DNA of 10,914 nt from Bacteroidales bacterium (GTDB taxonomy: Bacteria > Bacteroidota > Bacteroidia > Bacteroidales > UBA12077). The position numbers were made by a program, and so were the translations under genes. Below the pieces are notes generated by a model. It had not been told where the DNA came from. It saw only the letters and a program-made list of their open reading frames with translations, and ran no database searches. The stretch is from assembly GCA_028282585.1 (NCBI GenBank), contig JANQHR010000069.1:1-10914 (forward strand). Reading direction: 5' to 3'. Positions 1-8,700 of this stretch are shown here, piece by piece (position 1 is the first letter of the stretch; every line of letters begins with the position of its first letter).

Positions 1-2703
1 AGCACATAAATATTTGTCTCCTTTTTTATCTTCTCTTGATATTACTGAAGCGGTTTCGATATTTGGGTAACTTAAAATACAACTCTCAATTTCTCCCAAT
101 TCAATCCGAAAACCTCTAATTTTTACCTGGTTATCTAAACGCCCTAAAAATTCAATATTACCATCTGGTAACCAACGTGCCAAATCTCCGGTCTTATACA
201 ATAATTCTCCTTCTTTATAAGGATTAATAATAAATTTATCTCTTGTTAATTCCGGTTTATTTAAATAACCCCGTGCTAAACCATCGCCCCCAACAAGTAA
301 TTCTCCAACAATACCTATGGGTTGTAATTGCATATTGTTAAAAATATAAGCTGTAGAATTGCTTATGGGTTTACCTATAGGAATGTTATGGTTATATTCT
401 TTTTCTATTTTAAAGGTGGTTGAAAATGTTGTATTTTCTGTTGGACCATAACCATTTATTATGACTAATTGATTGTTCCGGTTTCTGATTCTTGAAATAT
501 GTGTACTAGATAATACGTCTCCTCCTACCAATAAATATGATAGATTATCAAAAATCGATTCATTTGTGTCTACTAATTGATTGAATAAATTTGATGTTAA
601 CCATAAGGTGGTAATATTATTCTTAGTTATGTAATTTTGTAATAAATCGCCATTTAAGATCACATGGTCTTTTGCAATAAATAAAGTTCCCCCGTTTAGT
701 AAAGCAATCCAAATCTCAAATGTTGTTGCATCGAATACTAATGCGCCGGTCATCAATACTTTGTGATTGAAATTCGTTGGAATATAATTCGTATTCTTTA
801 CTAAACGGACAACACTCTTATGGTCAATCCCAACGCCTTTAGGTTCTCCGGTAGAACCAGATGTAAACATAACATAAGCTAAATCACTAGTATTCCTGCC
901 TAAAGATTTAAAATCATTACTAGAATTGTTAACTTCATCACTATCAATTATAACTGTTGTCCCTTTAAATGAATAATCAAATTGAGTATCTCTGCTTGTC
1001 AATAATATTGAAATTCTACATTCCGATATTATTTTTCCAATTCTTTCTGAAGGATACTTGTGGTCAATTGGTACGTAAGTACAACCTGATTTTATGATTC
1101 CAAGGATACCAACAATCATTTCCGAAGAACGGCCTGTTATAAAACCAATTAATTGATTCTCTTTTACTCCCTTTTGAACTAAACAATTAGCAACTTTGTT
1201 TGCTTTGGAATTTAATTCACTATAAGTATAGGACGAATTATCATCAATTAATGCTAAATAACCAGGTATTTGCTCAACCTGCTCCTCAAAAAGTTCATGA
1301 ATGAGTTTATCTTTAGGGTAAGATTGTTTTGTATCATTAAAATCATGTAACAACTGTTGTTTCTCTGACTCTGAAAGAATATTTAAGCTTTGGACATTTG
1401 AGCCGATGTGGTAAATTATTGATTCTAATATGCTTAAAAGATGTTTGCTAATGCCTTCAACTTGATACTCTGCTAAATTTGTAGTAGAATAATTAAAATG
1501 TATTTCAATTTCTTCACTTACTAAAGCAGTGATAGTTAATTTATAATTGGTAGTTTCCTGAACCGAGAATGATTTTACTTTTAAATTTTCATTACCTTTA
1601 ATATATTTTCTTTCGATAGGATAATTTTCAATTACAAATATTGACTCCAGTAATTCATCTTCTTTGTAACCTGCGTAACTTAAAATTTTTTGTAAAGGTA
1701 CATTTTCGTATATTGTTCTATCTCTTAATTGTATTGCATTGTTTTTAATATCACTAATTAAACTTCCTGTTTGAGAAAATTTCAATCGAATTGGAATCGT
1801 ATTTATAAACAAACCTACGATTTCTTCAATCCCATTTAACTTAATATTTCTTCCTGATACTGTAGTCGCAAATAGAACATCTGTCTTATTGGAATATTTA
1901 GTTAATAAGATTCCCCAAGCATTATATAAAATATCAGCTCTCGTTAATCCGTATGATTTACATATATTATCAATTTGTTTAACTTTATTTGAGCTAATTA
2001 ATAACTTAACACTCTCTCCGCTATCCTCATCAGATAAAGAATTTTTATTGACATGAAAACAATTTCTTCTTTCATAATTATTTAAATAATCTTTCCAAAA
2101 CTGTTTACTTTTTAAATCTATCTCCTTATTTATATTAATAAAATATTTAAATGGTGTTTTTTGGATATTTATTACTTCTTCTCCATTTACCAACTTATTA
2201 TAGTTTGATAAAAACTCTTTAAGAATAATAGCATTACTCCATCCGTCATATATAATATGATGATTGCTTATTAACAAATAATATTTATTAGAATCAACTT
2301 TGCATAAAGTTAAACGGAAAGGTACATCCCTTAGATCAAACCTTTCAGAGTAATCTTTACATTGAATATTATGGAATTCTGTTACAGAACCTCGACCTTC
2401 TTTTTTTGTTAAATCAAAATAGCGAAAATCAACATCATGCTTTTTTAAGATTATTTGAATTGGCTTATTTAATTTTTCCCATCTAAATACTGTTCTTAAC
2501 ATTTCATTAGATTCAATAACCTTATACCAGGCTTTCCTGAAATAATCAACATCTATATTTCCTTGAATTTCTAATGATAATTGAACAAAATATAAATTAC
2601 TGAATATATCTTTCAAATAATGAAATAAGATTCCTTCTTGTAAAGATGTCAAACTAATAATATTATCAACATTAGCTTTATCCAACTTATAACTCTTATT
2701 CAT
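1..2703 (-). CDS. Nonribosomal peptide synthetase 2, truncated by the window edge: N-terminal COM acceptor, DCL-type condensation domain, adenylation domain (predicted Val)
   Basis: ATG at 2703-2701; the segments I translated by hand stay in one frame down to position 1 (901 codons). N-terminus MNKSYKLDKANVDNIISLTSLQEGILFHY; C-domain core SNHHIIYDGWS (~2236-2268); A-domain motifs LAYVMFTSGSTGEPKG (~835-882), FDATTFEIW, NGYGPTENTTFS, YKTGDLARW, GRLDNQVKIRGFRIELGEIE. Missing from the ORF track, presumably because its stop codon lies outside the window. Confidence 0.95.
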   Translation of the reverse strand, partial: MNKSYKLDKANVDNIISLTSLQEGILFHYLKDIFSNLYFVQLSLEIQGNIDVDYFRKAWYKVIESNEMLRTVFRWEKLNKPIQIILKKHDVDFRYFDLTKKEGRGSVTEFHNIQCKDYSERFDLRDVPFRLTLCKVDSNKYYLLISNHHIIYDGWSNAIILKEFLSNYNKLVNGEEVINIQKTPFKYFININKEIDLKSKQFWKDYLNNYERRNCFHVNKNSLSDEDSGESVKLLISSNKVKQIDNICKSYGLTRADILYNAWGILLTKYSNKTDVLFATTVSGRNIKLNGIEEIVGLFINTIPIRLKFSQTGSLISDIKNNAIQLRDRTIYENVPLQKILSYAGYKEDELLESIFVIENYPIERKYIKGNENLKVKSFSVQETTNYKLTITALVSEEIEIHFNYSTTNLAEYQVEGISKHLLSILESIIYHIGSNVQSLNILSESEKQQLLHDFNDTKQSYPKDKLIHELFEEQVEQIPGYLALIDDNSSYTYSELNSKANKVANCLVQKGVKENQLIGFITGRSSEMIVGILGIIKSGCTYVPIDHKYPSERIGKIISECRISILLTSRDTQFDYSFKGTTVIIDSDEVNNSSNDFKSLGRNTSDLAYVMFTSGSTGEPKGVGIDHKSVVRLVKNTNYIPTNFNHKVLMTGALVFDATTFEIWIALLNGGTLFIAKDHVILNGDLLQNYITKNNITTLWLTSNLFNQLVDTNESIFDNLSYLLVGGDVLSSTHISRIRNRNNQLVIINGYGPTENTTFSTTFKIEKEYNHNIPIGKPISNSTAYIFNNMQLQPIGIVGELLVGGDGLARGYLNKPELTRDKFIINPYKEGELLYKTGDLARWLPDGNIEFLGRLDNQVKIRGFRIELGEIESCILSYPNIETASVISREDKKGDKYLCA

Positions 2704-2726
2704 AACTGACTGATTATTTTATAACT

Positions 2727-2777
2727 ACAAGCATTAAAACTTCCGTTATAATATTTATAAGAATAATTTTAGCTTGT
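2727..2777 (-). other. Long imperfect intergenic stem-loop between NRPS-1 and NRPS-2
   Basis: Minus strand ACAAGC-TAAAA-TTATTC-TTATAA-ATA-TTATAA-CGGAAG-TTTTA-AT-GCTTGT pairs end to end with small bulges; no U-tract follows. Confidence 0.55.
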
Positions 2778-5700
2778 TAAAAAAGGCTTTCTAATTCTTC
2801 TTCACTTAGTTCAACCGTATCAAAATCTGAAGGCGTAAAATGAATCTCAGTATTATTGGACAGATACAGAAAAATCCCATTTATATTTCTTTCAATTCCC
2901 TCTCTTATGACAGTTAATTCATGATAATCTAGCATACTTTTATTACAAATAATATCGATAATTAACTTTCCATCTATTATAAAACTATTCACTTCTAGAT
3001 TAGTAGTAAATTCATTTTTATTCGAGATATCTTCTCCGGTATAATCATTTATAAATGAGAATAGGTCATTTGACAATTCCTTTCCAAACTGTCCCATGTA
3101 GTTAAATCTAACTTCGGATCTTCTCTTAGTTAATTTATTAAATTTTTTATTGATATATTTTAATACTCCATACCCTAAACCGTTTTTAGGGATGTTACGT
3201 AACTGCTCTTTTACAAGCTTTAATATATCATTAATATTATTACTATTTAAAATAAATTCTACAGGATAAATTGATGTAAACCACCCTATAGTTCTTGACA
3301 CATCTATACCCTCAATTATCCGACCGTAACTTTCCGTGTCAATTATAAATGTATCTTTATTGTAATGTTCTCTTAATGTTTTTAACAAAGAACTTATTAA
3401 CAAAATTTGAATATCCGTACCATACGATATATTGGCATCTTTTAGTAAATAATCTGTCTTTTCTTTATCAATTATAATTTGAGACCTAGAACCCTCTCCT
3501 CTAAAAGGTGTTTTATTTTCTTTATAGTCAAATAGCTTAAGTTCCTTTTCTTCAATTCTGTTCCAAAAATTGGACTGATCCATTAATTCGTTAGAACTTG
3601 CATATTTATTAATTGCATTCTGCCAATCAATAAGATTTGCGGTTTTTTGAGGAAGATAAAAGGTTCTTTTCTTTTCTAAATTCAAATATATGGTGTACAA
3701 GTCTTCTAATAGTATTCTCCACGACAATCCATCTATTACCAAATGATGAGAAGTTATCAATAATCTATCGGCTTTGCCATTCTGTCTTATAATAGCAGCT
3801 TTTATTAATAAAGTATTCGTGATATCAAATTTAGATTTAATTTTTATTCCTAAGCTTTCAATTTCATCCTTATGATTAATAAAATATTCATCAACTTCAA
3901 ATGGCTGATTAAGATATTCATTATTGAAATACATTAATCTGCTTTTCGGATTGAAATTCATTCTTAAACCATCATGGTGCTCAATAATTTTATCAAATGT
4001 TTGTTCCAGAAGGTTTCTGTTTATATTCCTCTTAAATTCCAATAATAAGGATTGATTATAATAATTTTGATCTTTAAAATTCTGTTCAAAGAACCATTTT
4101 TCAATTACACTTAATTTTTTTTCTCCTGTAACAATTCCTTGATCATACTCTTCATTTGATTTTTTTACGCATTTACATATTTGTTCGATGGATTGATTTA
4201 CAAGAATTTCGTTTGCCAATAATGAATAACCTTTATTATATAAACGCGATGTAATTTGAACTGCTTTTATGGAATCTCCTCCTATCTGAAAAAAATTATC
4301 ATCAATTCCTATTTCATCAACATTAAGAACTTTCTGAAATATTTCCACCAGCAGTTTTTGAATTTCATTTTCTGCTGCGCGAATCTCTTTTCCTTTTTTT
4401 AATAAATTTAATGACAATAGTGCTTCTTTATCTACTTTACCGTTACGAGTTAAAGGAATATTATCAATATTGAAAAAAGCATTAGGAATCATGTAAGATG
4501 GCAAACGGTTTTGAATATGATTTCGCAAAGCATTCTCACAGATATCAGTTTTTGAAGTATAGTATGCAAATAATTTATATATACCATCAATATTGGATTG
4601 TATAACTACAGTTGATTTAATATCCTCAAATTCCAGAATACATTTTTCAATTTCACCTAATTCGATTCGATAACCATTTATTTTAACTTGATGATCTGAT
4701 CTTCCAAGAAACTCTATTTGCCCGCTTTCATTAAATCTTGCCAAATCTCCAGTTTTATACAACTTTTTTTCTGATAGCTCAGAAACCGTTATAAACTTAT
4801 CATATGTTAAACTTTTTTTACTATGATAACCTCTGCCTACACCTAAACCTCCTACAAAGATCTCTCCAGTTATTCCTCTTGGAACAGGATTATTATATTT
4901 ATCCAATAAATAAATATGAACATTATCTGCTGGTTTCCCAATTGGAATAGATTTATTATATTTTTCTTTATGTTTAAATTTATAAATCATACAACCAACT
5001 GTAGTTTCTGTTGGTCCATATTCATTAAATATCTCGATCCTGTTATTAAACATACAAGAAATTTCATTTGCCAATTCAGATGCCAAATCTTCTCCTCCAA
5101 CAATGAATCTCTTAAGATTTTTTATATTTTCAGGATTAATTTTATGATCATCCCTTATCAGCTTTAAGTGCGAAGGTGTAAGTTTTATTACTCCTACTCT
5201 ATCTTCTAATAGTACCTGCTCAATTAATAAATTTCGATCATTTTCTTGATAAATAAAAATAGAATTACCGGTTACTAGAGGTAGAAATAGGGAAGTAACG
5301 GTTAAATCAAAAGCCACTGAAGTAAATAATGGAAAATGAACTTTTTCATTTTTAACATATTGTTTTTGAGCCCACCAAATATAATTCAATAAATTTCCAT
5401 GCTCAATCATTACTCCTTTTGGTTGACCAGAAGTACCTGATGTATAAATCATGTAAGCTAAATTGTTTGACTTAATATTTATTTTATATTCAGGTAAATT
5501 CAAATCATACTTATTTAAATCATCAACACATATTATTTTATCTTTTGAGAATTCATTTAAAATATTCTTGTTAGATTCTTGAGTCGCTTTTGTAGTAAGT
5601 ATTAAAATGGGGTTACAATCATCTAATATGTACTTTTTCCTTGATTCCGGGTAATTTATATCAACCGGAACATATGCCCCCCCTGCTTTAAGAATTGCTA

Positions 5701-8700
5701 AAACCGATACTACAAATTCAATAGATTTATCCATTAAAATCGCTACAAACGCCTCATTTTTGACACCCTCATGTACCAATATTTTTGCTAATTCATTAGC
5801 TTCATTATTTAGTTCCATATATGATAATTGAACATCTCCACAAATAAGAGCTTCTGCATCTGGATTATCTAAAGATCGATTTTCAAATAATTCATGAATA
5901 AGTACGTCGGGATTATCTGAGCCTGTTTTATTATATTCTGAAATTAATCCAATCTTTTTCTTATCGGAAATAATATCAATATCCTTAATATTAGAACCTG
6001 GATTATCAATTATACTTTTAATAATTTGTATAAAATATTCAGAATATTCTTTAATAGTGCCTTCTTTGAATAAAGCAGTAGAATATTCAAATGTAAAATC
6101 TATATTCTCATTCTCAAATAATTCTAAACTAATATCAAACTTTGAAGTTTTCTGATCTACCGGAAAATAAGATATCTCGAATTCGTTATTAGAAAATGTA
6201 GGAAAAGTCATATTTTGATATACAAACATAGTATCAAATAATGAATTATTCTCATCTGAAGATTTATGATTAAGAAGGTTTAATAACTCATTATATGGCA
6301 AATCTTTATTGTTCATTGACTGGACAAATTCCTTATTAATATCATTTAAATATTGAATAAACCGGGTATTTCCTTTCGGGTAAAATCTTATTGGTAAATT
6401 ATTTACAAACATTCCCACAGTTTCAATAAATTTACCATGATTTCGACCTGCTTCAGCAATACCTATTATCATATCCTCTTGTCCAGTAATTTTATGCATT
6501 AACAATGAATAGCATGCAAAAAGAATTACAGATTTTGAAACTTCTGTTTTCCGAGAAAGGTCTTCAATAGATCGATTAAGGTTTGAACCAAGACTACCAT
6601 AAAATCTGGCTCCATCATAATTGCTTGTATTTACTTTCGGAAAATCATACGGTAAGTCTAATTTAGGAACATCATCACTAAACTTATTCAACCAATAATT
6701 TTTAATCTCTTGATTAATTTTGCTATTCAAAAATTTCTCTTCCCAAAGCACAAAATCTGCATACTCATATTCTATTTTTTCTGTTTTTCTATTTTGTACC
6801 AGATTTAAGTAATCATGAATTATTTTAATAAGAGAACTACCATCTGCAACAATATGGTGAATATCAAATAACAATACAGTTACATTATTAATAAATGCAT
6901 ATTTCAAACGTATTAATGGCAAAATTTCTAAATTAAAAGGTGTTACATAATTTAATACCTGTTTTTCAAACCTCTCGTCGCTTCTTAACTTCATTTCTTC
7001 AAATGAAATAACAGATTCATTATGAACATATTGATATGGTTTACCATCCTCAAAATGAAATGTTGTTTTAAAAATATCATATGCATTAATTAATTCGATT
7101 AAAGCGTTCTTTAATCTATTAATTTCAACTTCACCCTTGAGAATAAAACCTTGGGGAAGATTATAAGCAAGCGATAGTTTATTCAATTGATAAAAATAAA
7201 ATAACCTATTTTGTGCATGAGATAATCTAAATCTTTTATTTTCATTACGTTCAATTTTATACGATTCTATGTTCTTCTTACTTTGAGCAAGTTTGGAAAG
7301 TCCTTTTATTGTTTTTATTGTATATATATCTTCCAATGATATATCCATATTCAACTCCCCTCGAAGTTCTGCAACCAACTGACTAGCTTTTAAAGAGTTT
7401 CCTCCAATAGCAAAAAAGTCATCTTCAAGGTTTATATCTTTTCTACCTAATATCCTCTGCCAGATTTGTAAAACATTTTTTTCAGAATTACTTAATGATT
7501 CTATAACTCTTTCCTTTCTTTCTTTCTTAATTAACACGTTCAATCTAGATATAATATCAACATAATGACCATTTTGGTAATTTTGTAAAAGTTTATACCG
7601 TTGAATTTTTCCACTAGTTGTTTTTGGAATTCCTTTTACAGGAATAACATGATCTAAATGTATTCCAACCTTCTTATTAATAACTTCAATACATGACTTT
7701 CTAATACTGACAAAACTTTCAAGCATTCCTCTATACAAAATAAATGCAATTATCTCGTCTCTTGATAAACTAGAATTATAATTTCCGACGATTACAACTT
7801 TCCCTAATTCAACTTCTTTGACCTGTTCTGCAATTCTTTCCAGATCATGAGAATAGTAATTTTCTCCATTCACAAATATGATATCTTTCTCTCTTCCGAC
7901 AATATATAGCTCACCATACGTATCCTTAAACCCCAGATCTCCTGTATCCACCCAACCATCATTTGTGACTAATCTTAAAGTATCCTTTTGATTATTATAA
8001 TAGCCCGAAGTAACATTTTTACCTTTTATTTGGATTCTTCCCACATAACCATTCTCCAAAGCTTTATCTTCTCTATTAACAAGGCGGATATAAGTATTTT
8101 TAATTTGTTTTCCAACACTTACAAATTGAATACTTGAATTATTTTGATCTGTATGGATAATTTTTTCACCAATATTCAAGTGATTTCTATCTACATGAAC
8201 CGAAAATATATTTTTCTCTGGTTTAGAAAAAGATACAGCAAGACTCGCTTCCGCTAAACCGTATACCGGAAATATAGTATTATCTTTTAATCCATAGCTT
8301 TTAAAGTAATTGTTAAACTTTTGACATATTTCTTTAGATATTGGTTCAGCTCCATTAACAATTATTCGCAAGCTTGATAAATCAATGTTGTGATTTTTTT
8401 CTGGCCTGAAATGTTTTAATAAATATTGGTAGCCAAAATTAGGAGAAGAAGTAAATGTAATTTTATAATCGGCAATTTTCCTAAGCCAAAGTGAAGGATT
8501 TCGCATAAATAGCTCAGTGGGCATTATAAAGTGATTCCAACCTTTATAAAGGGGTGTTAGATGAAAGCCTATAAGCCCCATATCATGTGTCAAAGGCATC
8601 CAGCTATAAAACTTATCTCCCTCCTGAGGACTATAAATTCCATGATGTATTGACTCTATATTAGTATATAAGTTCTGATGAGTTAAAATAACTCCTTTTG

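Noticed and set aside
80-900. Sequence similarity between this region and ~4640-5460 as a recent duplication
   Set aside because: Explained by universal A-domain core motifs (TSG, YGPTE, TGDLAR, RIELGEIE); the intervening sequence and specificity codes differ.
4916-5167. 83-aa plus-strand ORF from the track
   Set aside because: Antisense shadow lying inside the conserved NRPS A domain; F/I/C-rich composition with no motif.
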